Positions 37,808-47,867 of a stretch of 64,000 bases of DNA are shown in pieces (position 1 is the stretch's first letter; each line of letters starts with the position of its first letter). The notes beneath the pieces were generated by a model. The model did not search any database and was not told where the DNA came from. It was given only the letters and a program-made list of their open reading frames with translations. The stretch covers positions 123,359-187,358 of the forward strand of contig JAZKAU010000001.1 of assembly GCA_040388985.1 (NCBI GenBank). The letters are read 5' to 3'. The position numbers and the translations under genes were made by a program. This stretch comes from Patescibacteria group bacterium. Its GTDB lineage: Bacteria; Patescibacteriota; Minisyncoccia; Phycocordibacterales; Phycocordibacteraceae.

Positions 37808-38371
37808 ATGGCGTTATCGCTTCCGCACACGCTCCAAGCGCTTCTCTTCGCTTCAGGTGAGGCGATGCCGAAAAAGCAGATACTCACTCTGCTTGAGATT
37901 CCTGAGGACATGCTTGCCGCGGCAATTCATGAGCTGGCAGGTGAGCTCGAAGGCACCGGCCTCGCCCTTATCGAGACCAGTATGGAACTCGAACTGCGCA
38001 CGAGTCCAGCGGCGGCAGGAGTCGTTGACAAGCTCCGCAAGAATGAGCTCTCGCGAGATCTGGGCAAGGCTGGCCTCGAGTCGCTTGCCATAATCCTCTA
38101 CCAGAACGGTGCGACCCGCAGCGAGGTGGACTATGTGCGGGGCGTGAACTCGACGGCAGCGCTGCGCTCTTTGCTCATGCGCGGGCTCGTAGAACGTTCT
38201 ATCGACGCCACAGACCGCAGACGCGCGCGCTATACGGCAAGCGTGGACGCGCTCGCGCATCTGGGTCTCTCGCGGATGCAGGATTTGCCGAACTTTACCG
38301 AGCTCGCGGGCACGCTTGCCGCGCATCAAGCGGCGAACGAAGAGGCGATTCTTGAAGCTGAAGCAGTATGA
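37808..38371 (+). CDS. scpB: Segregation and condensation protein B
   Basis: ALLFASGE and LESLAIILY...TRSEVDYVRGVNS. Confidence 0.95.
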   Translation: MALSLPHTLQALLFASGEAMPKKQILTLLEIPEDMLAAAIHELAGELEGTGLALIETSMELELRTSPAAAGVVDKLRKNELSRDLGKAGLESLAIILYQNGATRSEVDYVRGVNSTAALRSLLMRGLVERSIDATDRRRARYTASVDALAHLGLSRMQDLPNFTELAGTLAAHQAANEEAILEAEAV

Positions 38372-39345
38372 GCGTAGCGAAGGGCCGGTCCTCGGGCCGA
38401 AGCATGTTCTGGCAGTTGTTTACGGTTACGGTAGTACTCGGCGGTCTCCTCCTGCTTGCAGGCGGGTTCTTGCTTTACGGCAAGCAGGGCACTGCCACAA
38501 CTGTCGAATCGGTCGCCACGACGACGCCCATACAGGCTGAGATCCCTAATGCCTTCGCCGGCATGCACATCTCCGGACAGGCGGCCATCGTTGTCGACCT
38601 TACGACCGGTCAGACGCTGTACGCCCAGAACGCGGACACCCAGCTTCCGCTGGCCTCGCTGACCAAACTCCTCACCATATACGCGGCGAGCGGCATGCTT
38701 TCTCCTTCCTCTATCGTTACCATCTCAAGCACATCGCTCGCGCAAGATGGCGAGAGCGGATTCACGGAAGGAGAGACATTCGCGTATAAGGACATCGCGC
38801 GGCTCGCGCTCGTGGCCTCGTCCAACGACGCCGCCGAAGCGATAGCGGAAGCGGCAGAAGCTGGGCGCTACAGTTCGGATGAGGAGCTCCTGGCAAACGC
38901 GGCTACGGCAGCAGGACTCTCGAAGACCTACGCGCATAACGGCACGGGACTTGATGTAAGCACCCAGGTCTCCGGCGGCTACGGCACCGCCCGCGACGTC
39001 GCGAAGCTTGCGGCCGGACTGCTCAAGAAAGCGCCCGCAATCGCCACCGCGACTACGGCCTCTTCCATAACGGTTCGCTCGACGGCGGGCGTCGCGCACA
39101 CGCTTCCCAATACGAACCCCGATATCGCGCTGCTTCCGGGCGTGCTCATGTCGAAGACCGGCTATACGGATCTGGCCGGAGGGAATCTCGTCGTCATATT
39201 CGACGCAGGCATTGATCACCCGGTCGCCGTCGTGGTCCTCGGATCCACCCGAGAAGCAAGATTTACGGACGTCGAGCGCCTTATGCACGCGACGCTCGCG
39301 CATTTCGCGGGCCTGACCGGCCTTGCCGGCAAGCCCGCGGCCTAG
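38368..39345 (+). CDS. D-alanyl-D-alanine carboxypeptidase (peptidase S11)
   Basis: SLTK, SSN and KTG motifs; N-terminal TM. Confidence 0.92.
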   Translation: MSVAKGRSSGRSMFWQLFTVTVVLGGLLLLAGGFLLYGKQGTATTVESVATTTPIQAEIPNAFAGMHISGQAAIVVDLTTGQTLYAQNADTQLPLASLTKLLTIYAASGMLSPSSIVTISSTSLAQDGESGFTEGETFAYKDIARLALVASSNDAAEAIAEAAEAGRYSSDEELLANAATAAGLSKTYAHNGTGLDVSTQVSGGYGTARDVAKLAAGLLKKAPAIATATTASSITVRSTAGVAHTLPNTNPDIALLPGVLMSKTGYTDLAGGNLVVIFDAGIDHPVAVVVLGSTREARFTDVERLMHATLAHFAGLTGLAGKPAA

Positions 39346-39353
39346 GGTGTAGA

Positions 39354-40424
39354 ATGAGCTATACGATGGTATTCTTCGACGCTGCCAGAGTGCTCATTCC
39401 CTTCGTGATCTCGTTTGCCGTGGGTATCGGCGGTGCTCCGGTACTTACGCACTACCTCTACAAACATAAAGTGTGGAAGAAGAAGACGGGGAAGAACGCA
39501 CTTGATGGGAAACTGGCGAGCGAATTCAACAAATTGCATCAGGAACGCGAAGGGTATACGCCGCGTATGGGCGGCATCCTTATATGGGGTTCTGTGCTCA
39601 TCACCGCCATACTTATCGCGTTTTGCGGACTGTTCAACGAATCGCTCGCGCGGCTCGACTTCGTGAACCGCGGCCAGACCTGGCTTCCTATCTTCGCGCT
39701 TCTGTCAGGCGCTATAGTGGGCTTCGCTAACGACGTACTCGATGTCGTTACCCACGACGCGCGCGGCATCAGCCTGCGCTATCGTCTTATCGCCGTTGCT
39801 ATCATCTCGGGAGTGGCTGGCTGGTGGTTCTACGCCAAGCTCGGTGTCATGGGAGTGGGCGTGCCGTTCCTCGGCGTGATACCGCTCGGCATCTTTTTCA
39901 TAGCGTTCTTCATCTTCGTAGCCCTCGTCCTCTACGCAAGCGGCGTCATCGACGGCATCGACGGCCTGGCTGGCGGCGTCTTCGCCATCATCTTCATGGC
40001 GTACGCGGGCATCGCCTTCGCGCAGAATCAGGTGGCGCTTGCAGGTTTCGCAGCAACAGTTGCAGGCGCGCTCTTCGCCTTCCTCTGGTTCAATGTTCCC
40101 CCCGCACGCTTCTGGATGACGGAGACCGGCACGATGGCGCTGACGCTTGCCCTTACCGTGACCGCCTTCTCGGCCGACTCGCTCGGCGACGGGGTAGGGG
40201 TGTCGGTGCTTCCCATTATCGCCTTTCCGCTATTTGCGACGGTGGCGAGCAACGCGCTCCAGATATTCTGGAAGAAAGTATTCAAGAAGAAGCTTTTCCG
40301 CATCGCGCCTATCCATCACCATTTCGAGGCTATCGGCTGGCCGTCGTATAAGGTCGTGATGCGCTACTGGATCGTCACAATAATCGCGGGAATGTTCGGG
40401 GTTGCCGTGGCGCTCCTCAAATAA
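39354..40424 (+). CDS. mraY: Phospho-N-acetylmuramoyl-pentapeptide transferase
   Basis: TPRMGG, DGIDGL, FNVPPARF and APIHHHFE. Confidence 0.95.
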   Translation: MSYTMVFFDAARVLIPFVISFAVGIGGAPVLTHYLYKHKVWKKKTGKNALDGKLASEFNKLHQEREGYTPRMGGILIWGSVLITAILIAFCGLFNESLARLDFVNRGQTWLPIFALLSGAIVGFANDVLDVVTHDARGISLRYRLIAVAIISGVAGWWFYAKLGVMGVGVPFLGVIPLGIFFIAFFIFVALVLYASGVIDGIDGLAGGVFAIIFMAYAGIAFAQNQVALAGFAATVAGALFAFLWFNVPPARFWMTETGTMALTLALTVTAFSADSLGDGVGVSVLPIIAFPLFATVASNALQIFWKKVFKKKLFRIAPIHHHFEAIGWPSYKVVMRYWIVTIIAGMFGVAVALLK

Positions 40425-40427
40425 CGA

Positions 40428-40527
40428 CGAGTCGCTCGGCTTTAAGAATAAAAGCGCCGTTCCGCATAGGAATGCTGCACTTGGCAATCCTGAACCGCTT
40501 TTATTCTTAAAGCCTCGCTCCCGACGG
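40428..40527. repeat. Structured repeat family B, copy 1
   Basis: Near-identical to 59708-59805; outer stem ggctttaagaataaaagcg/cgcttttattcttaaagcc. Confidence 0.9.
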
Positions 40528-40549
40528 TGAATCCTGTCTCGGATTTGCC

Positions 40550-40578
40550 TTGACAGAATGATTTAAATGGCGTATGTT
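40550..40578 (+). promoter_or_regulatory. Sigma70 promoter of a cassette gene
   Basis: TTGACA-17 nt-TATGTT. Confidence 0.65.
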
Positions 40579-40636
40579 GCTGTCGGGAAGTTGCCGGAGG
40601 TCCGACAACTCAAAATAAGCTCGGGAGGGCTTACAA

Positions 40637-41047
40637 ATGCGTACATCTCTGCTCTTGGCTACCGCACTCTCGGTCAGCGTCGCCGGCTTCGCATTCGCGG
40701 CATCTGGCGGCATTTCCTCCTCGAAGGAGGAGCCACTCACCGCCAAGCAGGCTGCGCTGGCTGCGCAGTTCAAGACCGCGCCCGAGCGCAGCATCGTGCT
40801 GTTCGACGAGAACAGCACGACGGGGTATGCCCTCGTCTGCAAGTCCACCAAGGCCGACCCGGTTCGCCTGGCCTATGTCGGCTTCTTCGGGACCTCTCCC
40901 TGCGGGATGCGGCACCTGAAGTCGTGGGTGGAAGCCGTCCAGAGGGATCCCGTCAAGAAGATCATCACGCCGACCGATCCCGAATATTCGGGGCTGCTCG
41001 AGCGGCGGACGATGCATCTGCTCGGCGAGGACGAGGCGCCACAATAA
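40637..41047 (+). CDS. Secreted orphan protein (cassette)
   Basis: SD gggagg, signal peptide ending AFA, a Cys pair, and hairpins downstream. Confidence 0.7.
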   Translation: MRTSLLLATALSVSVAGFAFAASGGISSSKEEPLTAKQAALAAQFKTAPERSIVLFDENSTTGYALVCKSTKADPVRLAYVGFFGTSPCGMRHLKSWVEAVQRDPVKKIITPTDPEYSGLLERRTMHLLGEDEAPQ

Positions 41048-41230
41048 CACCCCCGACGGCTGAGGCCGTCGAAGAAGGGCCGGATGACAATAGTCACCGG
41101 TCCTTGGAGTTTCTATAGGAAGATATGATGTCAGGCACCTTTTCTTTACTTAGGCTTGACAATCTAAATAATATGTAATAGTATTTACTTTAGGAGCTTC
41201 CTTGTCTGGGGGCAAAGGTGTGAGGGAAAT

Positions 41231-41533
41231 ATGACCGCAATCTATGACAATCGTCCGCTTCCGTCGCTGGCACGGGCAATGCGCAATTTCTACGACTATT
41301 TCGGCGTGTCCGCATTCTGCACGCGCGCGAAGATCGTGAAGAAGGAGCGGGTCAACGCCTGGTTCGGCGGCTGGATCTACAACCAGATTCACGTCGAAAT
41401 CAGCGAGGGGCAGATCTGCGTGATCAACGTGGGCCGGAACGCCTATTACGAGCTCAGGGAGGGCGATATGATCCCGGTCAAGTACCGCGAGAATCGTCAC
41501 CGCGCCGACAAGACTCAGGTCTGGCGCCTCTGA
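41231..41533 (+). CDS. Orphan small beta-rich protein, possibly OB-like (cassette)
   Basis: TTGACA (41156)-17-TAGTAT, SD gaggg, and YYELREGDMIPVKYR. Confidence 0.6.
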   Translation: MTAIYDNRPLPSLARAMRNFYDYFGVSAFCTRAKIVKKERVNAWFGGWIYNQIHVEISEGQICVINVGRNAYYELREGDMIPVKYRENRHRADKTQVWRL

Positions 41534-41693
41534 CGCTCACCAACTCCGCCGCTCGATCTAGTGGAAGCCCTCGCTCCCATTCTGGATCGAGCGGCTTCTG
41601 CTATTTATTTATAGAATGAAAGACGTGGTCAAGAAAGATATCAGGCACTTTTGCTACGTATAACGTTCCGTTCGCCTGGTATGATAGGAAGCA

Positions 41694-42803
41694 ATGAAGC
41701 TGTCAGGAGATCGGATCTTTAGCATTATCGTACTGGTGCTCGTGATAGGGGGTATCGCGCTGTTCTCGTCGGCCGCGCTCGGTCTCCTGGCGCGTGTCGA
41801 CTCTTCTCCGTGGAAGCTCGTCATCTCTCAGATAGGTTTGGGGCTCGTTCCAGGATTTATCTTTTTGGCGATACTGCGCTTTATGCCTCCTAAGCGGCTC
41901 GCTGCCATGGTCATGCCGCTCTATATCGTGAGCATACTTCTGGCGCTCTTGGTCTTCGTGCCGCACGTAGGACTCGAGCTTAACGGAGCGCGCAGGTGGA
42001 TAAATCTGGGATTCACGACCTTCCAGCCAGCTGAGCTCATGAAGATATCGGTGCTGCTCATGCTCGCCAGTTATCTGGCGCATGCGAAAGATAAGGTCAA
42101 GGACTTGCGGCACGGTCTCCTGGCCTTCGGCATCATCGTGGGTATTCCGTGCGCGCTGCTGCTGGCGCAGCCCAATACGTCTACCGTTCTCATCATCGGC
42201 GCGAGCGGAGCCGCCGTCTACTTTCTATCGGGCGCGCCCTGGCGCGACTTCGCCATCATGGGAGTCGGAGCGCTCGTCTTGCTTACGGCGCTCATCTTCA
42301 TGCGTCCGTACCTGAAGGATCGGGTACTGACGTTCATCCATCCGTCGAACAACGCGCAGACGAGCGGCTATCACATACAGCAATCGCTCATCGCCATCGG
42401 TTCGGGCGGCATCGCGGGCCGCGGTTTCGGACAGAGCGTTCAGAAATTCAACTACTTACCGGAAGCTGAGAGTGACTCCGTCTTCGCCGTCTACGGAGAG
42501 GAATTCGGCTTTATCGGTGCTGTGCTCCTGGTCCTGCTCTTCGTAGCATTTGCCATGCGTGGACTCATGATCGCGAGCGAGGCGTCGACCATGTTCGGCT
42601 CGCTTACCGCTACCGGCCTCACGCTCCTCATCACGTTTTCAGCATTCCTTAATATCGGCGCACTGCTCGGCATCCTGCCGCTCACGGGCCTTCCGCTTCC
42701 GTTCATCAGTCACGGCGGTACCGCGCTCATGGCAGCGCTCGCCTCGGTGGGTATCATCCTCAACGTCGCGGCTCATCGCACCAAGAAGCGAGCGATGGCA
42801 TAA
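41694..42803 (+). CDS. ftsW: SEDS peptidoglycan glycosyltransferase FtsW
   Basis: GARRWI, FQPAELMK, LPEAESDSVF and LPFISHGG; between mraY and murG. Confidence 0.93.
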   Translation: MKLSGDRIFSIIVLVLVIGGIALFSSAALGLLARVDSSPWKLVISQIGLGLVPGFIFLAILRFMPPKRLAAMVMPLYIVSILLALLVFVPHVGLELNGARRWINLGFTTFQPAELMKISVLLMLASYLAHAKDKVKDLRHGLLAFGIIVGIPCALLLAQPNTSTVLIIGASGAAVYFLSGAPWRDFAIMGVGALVLLTALIFMRPYLKDRVLTFIHPSNNAQTSGYHIQQSLIAIGSGGIAGRGFGQSVQKFNYLPEAESDSVFAVYGEEFGFIGAVLLVLLFVAFAMRGLMIASEASTMFGSLTATGLTLLITFSAFLNIGALLGILPLTGLPLPFISHGGTALMAALASVGIILNVAAHRTKKRAMA

Positions 42804-42810
42804 TTACCAA

Positions 42811-43239
42811 ATGAAAATCGGCATCGACTACATCGGAGTGACCGTAACCTTCATCTGCCATGACGGGGAAGGGAACTATCTTTTTAACAAGAGGAGTACG
42901 AACTGCCGCGACGAACACGGCGCGTGGGACCCGGGCGGAGGTAAGTTAGAGCTACATGACACAGTTATAGGGACGCTTAAAAAGGAGATAGCGGAAGAGT
43001 ATTGCACCGACGTGCTTGAGCAGGAGTTCCTCGGCTACCGGGACATCCATCGCGAGCATGGAGGCGTGAGGACTCACTGGGTAGCGCTTACATTCAAGGT
43101 ACAAGTGGACCGCAGCAAGGTACGCAACGGCGAGCCGCACAAATTCGACGAAATCGAGTGGTTTACCCTAGACAATCTCCCTCAGCCGCTCCACTCCCAA
43201 TTTCCGTACTTCCTGGAGCAGTTCCGCGACAAGCTGTAA
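42811..43239 (+). CDS. NUDIX hydrolase
   Basis: Nudix box WDPGGGKLE...LKKEIAEE. Confidence 0.88.
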   Translation: MKIGIDYIGVTVTFICHDGEGNYLFNKRSTNCRDEHGAWDPGGGKLELHDTVIGTLKKEIAEEYCTDVLEQEFLGYRDIHREHGGVRTHWVALTFKVQVDRSKVRNGEPHKFDEIEWFTLDNLPQPLHSQFPYFLEQFRDKL

Positions 43240-43308
43240 TTCCGATACTGGTGTCCCTGTGCGCCTGAAGTCGTGTTTGCAGGAATATACCACCGGCTCC
43301 CAGCCCGC

Positions 43309-43391
43309 CTTAGAGGTGCTCTAGCGAAAGCGGATAGTCGCGAGCAGGTATACCCTCGCAGCGAGCTATCCGCGAGAGCAGCACCTCTAAG
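43309..43391. repeat. Long intergenic hairpin element upstream of murG
   Basis: Perfect 12 bp outer IR cttagaggtgct/agcacctctaag; inner gcggatag/ctatccgc. Confidence 0.7.
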
Positions 43392-43429
43392 ACATGCTTT
43401 CTAACGGATGGTATAATGACGTAAACGCT

Positions 43430-44581
43430 ATGAAGATCGCATTTACGGGAGGGGGGACCGGAGGACATTTCTATCCCATCATCGCCGTGGCCGAAGCCGT
43501 CCACGTTCTCGTGGCCGAGCAGCGCCTTATCGCGCCCTCGCTCGTCTACATCTCACCCACACCCTTCGACGAGCAGGCGCTCTTCCAGAACGACATCAGC
43601 TACATCAAGAGTCCGGCAGGGAAGATGCGGCGCTATTTCGCTATCTCGAACATTACCGACTTCTTCGTAACCATCTGGGGCGTCATCTGGACGTTCTTCG
43701 TGCTGCTTCGCGAGCCACCCGATGTTATCTTCTCCAAGGGCGGCTACGCGAGCGTACCTACGGTGATGGCTGCGCATCTGCTGGGCATTCCTATAGTCAT
43801 CCATGAATCCGACTCGAAGCCGGGCCGCGCGAACCTGCTCGGAAGCAAATATGCAGAACGTATTGCCATCACCTTCGAGAGCTCTATCCCATATTTCCCG
43901 GAGAAGGCTCGGAGCAAGATAGCGCTGACCGGCATTCCGATACGGCAGGCGCTCGCGCATCCGCTTCCTGAAGGCGCAGCTCAAGAACTCGGTCTGGACT
44001 CCTCCGTTCCGACCGTGCTTATCCTCGGCGGCTCGCTCGGCTCCCGTCGCATCAACGAGACGGTACTCGCAGGACTTCCATCCATCGTCGAAGGCGCGAA
44101 CGTCATCCACCAGACCGGGAAGGACAACTTCGTTGAGACCGAGTCCACCGCAAAGGTCATCCTCGAGAATAGTCCGTATAAGGCTCGGTATCATGTCTTC
44201 CCGTATCTCTCGCAGGAATCACTTCGCGAGGCTGCAGGAGCGGCTGCAGTCGTGGTCTCACGCGCAGGCGCGACCGCCATCACCGAGATCGCGCTCTGGA
44301 AGAAGCCAGCCATCCTGGTTCCGATTCCAGAGTCAGTCAGCCACGACCAGCGCACGAATGCCTATGCCTATGCCCACACCGGCGCTGCGGTCGTGCTCGA
44401 GGAAGATAATATGGCGCCGCACATCCTCGCCTCAGAGATCCACCGCATCGCGAGCGACCTGGCCCTACGCGCTCGTATGAGCGAGCACAGTGCTGCCTTT
44501 GCGAACCCTAACGCCGCCCGACTCATCGCCGAGGAGCTGCTACGCATCTCGCTCGCGCATCAGCCTAAGCCCAAAGCATAG
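43430..44581 (+). CDS. murG: Lipid II GlcNAc transferase MurG
   Basis: GGGTGGHFYP, KGGYAS, HES, GGSLGS and SRAGA. Confidence 0.96.
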   Translation: MKIAFTGGGTGGHFYPIIAVAEAVHVLVAEQRLIAPSLVYISPTPFDEQALFQNDISYIKSPAGKMRRYFAISNITDFFVTIWGVIWTFFVLLREPPDVIFSKGGYASVPTVMAAHLLGIPIVIHESDSKPGRANLLGSKYAERIAITFESSIPYFPEKARSKIALTGIPIRQALAHPLPEGAAQELGLDSSVPTVLILGGSLGSRRINETVLAGLPSIVEGANVIHQTGKDNFVETESTAKVILENSPYKARYHVFPYLSQESLREAAGAAAVVVSRAGATAITEIALWKKPAILVPIPESVSHDQRTNAYAYAHTGAAVVLEEDNMAPHILASEIHRIASDLALRARMSEHSAAFANPNAARLIAEELLRISLAHQPKPKA

Positions 44582-44584
44582 CGT

Positions 44585-46093
44585 ATGGATTTTTCCTTTA
44601 AGATCAAAACGAATAAAGATGGGGAACTCGAGTCGGCAGAGCTAAAGCGCACGCCAACGCCCGGCGGCGTGCGCACCCGCTTCGCGCCAAGCCCTACAGG
44701 CTTCTTGCATGTGGGCGGGGTTAGAACTGCTATATATGCGTGGCTATTTGCATTCCAGCACGGAGGCTCCTTCATTCTTCGTATCGAAGATACCGATAAG
44801 AAACGTGAAGTCGAGGGTTCGATCGGTCATATTATGGAGTCCCTCAGGTGGCTTGGTATCAAATGGAATGAAGGTATCGATGTCGGAGGTCCGTATGAGC
44901 CATACCTCCAGTCTGCTCGCAAAGATTCGCATCACGCCTATGCGCGAAAACTATTGGCGGCAGGCCACGCGTATCCAGACCCATATACTCAGGAAGAGGT
45001 CGAGGCCTTTCGCAAGAAAGCAGAGGAGGAAAAACGTCCCTTCCTCTATCGTGAGCATCGGCCGGAGCAATTCCAAGAATGGGACGGTACAGCACCCCTT
45101 CGCTTTAAAGTGCCGGTCATAAAGCGCTACGAATGGCACGATCTCGTTATGGGAGACCTTTCGGCCGGAGAGGAGGCACTAGATGACTTTGTAATTATTA
45201 AGAGCGACGGGTATCCGACGTATAACTTCGCGCACGTTATCGACGATATCGAGATGAAAATCACGCATGTGGTACGTGGACAAGAATTCATATCAAGTAC
45301 ACCTAATTATCTTGCCTTACATGAAGCACTCGGCGTACAGCCGACTCTGTTCGCAACGCTTCCACCGATACTTGGGGAAGAAGGCACCAAGAAGCTCGGG
45401 AAACGCGACGGCGCGAAAGATATCCTTGATTATCGCGCCGACGGGTATCTGTCGGAAGCGATGCTGAACTTCCTCGCGCTTTTAGGTTGGCATCCTTCGG
45501 GGGATAACGAGATATTGGGCTTTGAGGATCTCTTACGCGAGTTCGATATTGAACGCGTCCAAAGAAGTGGTGCGCAGTTCGATAACGAGAAACTGTTGTT
45601 CATAAACCGCGAATGGATGCGAAAGCTGTCGGATGAAGAATACGTGCAACGAGGGGAACTGACAGCTTCAGACAACGTGCGACTCATGAAAGCAGTCTCT
45701 GTTCTTAAAGAACGTTGTCACACCTTCCTTGAGGCGCGAGATATGCTCGCCGGAGAGCTCAGCTGCCTTTTTAAAGCTCCCACGCCTTCGCGCGAAGGAC
45801 TGCTCGCCAAAGAGCCGGGAGAAGTCGCAGGGAGCACGAAGGAGCACCTAGCGGCCCTAGAAAGCCATATCTCCGGTCTTCATGAAGGTTTGAGTGCTGA
45901 CGAGATAAAGGAAGCGCTTATGCCGTACGCAGACGCTATACCGAAGGAGAACGGGGGCCGCGGAGCGGCCCTGTGGCCTCTGCGCTACGCTCTGTCAGGA
46001 GAAGAACGCTCTCCGGACCCCTTCACGCTTATCTCCATCCTCGGGCCCGCTGAGAGTGTTTCGCGAATCCGTACAGCGCTTTTATCTTTGTAA
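44585..46093 (+). CDS. gltX: Glutamyl-tRNA synthetase
   Basis: RFAPSPTGFLHVGG, LRIEDTD and KLGKR. Confidence 0.96.
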   Translation: MDFSFKIKTNKDGELESAELKRTPTPGGVRTRFAPSPTGFLHVGGVRTAIYAWLFAFQHGGSFILRIEDTDKKREVEGSIGHIMESLRWLGIKWNEGIDVGGPYEPYLQSARKDSHHAYARKLLAAGHAYPDPYTQEEVEAFRKKAEEEKRPFLYREHRPEQFQEWDGTAPLRFKVPVIKRYEWHDLVMGDLSAGEEALDDFVIIKSDGYPTYNFAHVIDDIEMKITHVVRGQEFISSTPNYLALHEALGVQPTLFATLPPILGEEGTKKLGKRDGAKDILDYRADGYLSEAMLNFLALLGWHPSGDNEILGFEDLLREFDIERVQRSGAQFDNEKLLFINREWMRKLSDEEYVQRGELTASDNVRLMKAVSVLKERCHTFLEARDMLAGELSCLFKAPTPSREGLLAKEPGEVAGSTKEHLAALESHISGLHEGLSADEIKEALMPYADAIPKENGGRGAALWPLRYALSGEERSPDPFTLISILGPAESVSRIRTALLSL

Positions 46094-46183
46094 CGCTGCA
46101 CTTGGGCCTGCCTAGGAAGGCATGCACTTCTATTTTTCTAACTCGGAATACCTCGTAAGAAAAATATGTCGTATACTAGGGTA

Positions 46184-47557
46184 ATGAACGTGCGTTCTTT
46201 CATCAGTCTTTCCGCCTTCCTCGTCGCTAGCCTTGTGCTCGCCGGCGCGCTCTCGACGATCGCGCCCGGAACGACGTTCGCACAGGCAACCGGAGACACT
46301 TCCGCCATCCAGGCGCAGATAGAGGCGCATAACCAGCAGATCGCGGATCTCGAGAAGGAGATCGCGGCATATCAGTCCCAGCTCAATACGCTCGGCTCGC
46401 AGCATCAGACGCTTCAGACGGCTATAAAGTCGATTGACGTCTCGCGGTCCCAGACGTCGACGCAGATCAAGGTCACGCAGAATAAGATGAGCGCGAGCTC
46501 GCTCAAGCTCCAGGAACTCTCAGGCGAGATATCGCAGAAGGAATACCAGATCCAGCTCGACAAGAAGTCGCTCGGACAGAGCCTGCGCGATATGGACGCG
46601 GCAGATAATAACACGATGATCGAGCAAGTGCTCGGTGCCGACACCCTTTCGCAGGCATGGGCGGCGGCCGACAGCTCGCTTGCGGTAGGGGATGCGCTGC
46701 GCGCGAATGCGGATCAGCTCGCAGGCATCACTCGCGAGCTCGACGCCCAGCATAGCGACGAGAGCGCGACCCGTGACAAGCTCGCCTCGCTCAATTCTGA
46801 ACTCTCTACTCAGCAGCATCAGCTCGACGTGAACAAGGCAGAGAAGGATAAGCTCCTGAGTCAGACGAAGAACCAGGAATCGAGCTACCAGTCGCTTATC
46901 GCCCAGAAGAAGGCGCAAGAGAAGATATTCGAAAGCGAGCTCAACTCCCTCGAGAGCCAGCTCAAATCAGTGGGGCAGGCAAGTATCCCGGTCGTACAGA
47001 ACGGCGTGCTGGCATGGCCGTTCTCGCCGACGTTCGCTGCAAGCTGCGCAGGTAAGGCCGGTGCGCTCGGAAACATCCACTGCATCACGCAGTATTTCGG
47101 TAATACCGCCTTTGCGGCCTCGGGCGCGTATAACGGCTCAGGGCATAACGGCATCGACATCGGCATGCCTATCGGTACGCCCGTGCAGGCGGCGCTTACC
47201 GGCGTAGTACTCGGCACCGGAAATACGGACCTCGCGCATTCCGCCGGCGGCGCACAGTGTTATTCCTTCGGAAAGTGGGTTGCCGTGAAGCATGATAACG
47301 GACTTGCGACCGTATACGCCCACCTTTCCCAGATAAGCGTCTCAGCCGGGCAGTCGGTAAGCACCGGAGCCATCCTCGGCTACTCCGGTATGACCGGGTA
47401 CGCTACCGGCCCGCACCTCCATTTCGGCGTCTACGCTTCTGCCGGCATCCAGATCATGACCCTCAACCAGTTCAAGGGCGCTGATACGCCGTGCGCGAAC
47501 GCCACCATGCCGGTCGCACCGCTCAACGCATACCTGAATCCTATTTCGTACCTGTAA
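46184..47557 (+). CDS. Coiled-coil M23 peptidase (EnvC/murein hydrolase-like)
   Basis: Signal peptide, long coiled coil, HNGID and GPHLHF. Confidence 0.92.
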   Translation: MNVRSFISLSAFLVASLVLAGALSTIAPGTTFAQATGDTSAIQAQIEAHNQQIADLEKEIAAYQSQLNTLGSQHQTLQTAIKSIDVSRSQTSTQIKVTQNKMSASSLKLQELSGEISQKEYQIQLDKKSLGQSLRDMDAADNNTMIEQVLGADTLSQAWAAADSSLAVGDALRANADQLAGITRELDAQHSDESATRDKLASLNSELSTQQHQLDVNKAEKDKLLSQTKNQESSYQSLIAQKKAQEKIFESELNSLESQLKSVGQASIPVVQNGVLAWPFSPTFAASCAGKAGALGNIHCITQYFGNTAFAASGAYNGSGHNGIDIGMPIGTPVQAALTGVVLGTGNTDLAHSAGGAQCYSFGKWVAVKHDNGLATVYAHLSQISVSAGQSVSTGAILGYSGMTGYATGPHLHFGVYASAGIQIMTLNQFKGADTPCANATMPVAPLNAYLNPISYL

Positions 47558-47572
47558 CAGAAGACTGGCTTC

Positions 47573-47613
47573 AGAACGGAAAGGCCCCGGCTACGCCGGG
47601 GCCTTTCCGTTCT
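47573..47613. terminator. Bidirectional terminator hairpin
   Basis: agaacggaaaggccccggc-tac-gccggggcctttccgttct between convergent genes. Confidence 0.8.
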
Positions 47614-47633
47614 ACTACGCCTTCAGACTCCGA

Positions 47634-47852
47634 TCAACGAATCCTAAGATCCTGATCGCGATCGACAGTGATACTAGGCTTATTCTTGAACCAGATAGTT
47701 ACTTTCTGGCCATTATCGTATGTGCGCTCGATCTCATCGTCGTAGTCCAAGCTGTACTCGCCACCACGCTTATCAAGCAGATACGCCTTAGTTCCGGGCT
47801 CTTCTTCGAAACGTTCGATTCTCTTGAACTGCTCGGGTCTTGGAAATTCCAT
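47634..47852 (-). CDS. Small hypothetical protein
   Basis: 72 aa ORF with TATACT 7 nt before the ATG. Confidence 0.6.
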   Translation of the reverse strand: MEFPRPEQFKRIERFEEEPGTKAYLLDKRGGEYSLDYDDEIERTYDNGQKVTIWFKNKPSITVDRDQDLRIR

Positions 47853-47867
47853 GGATAAAAGTATAGC

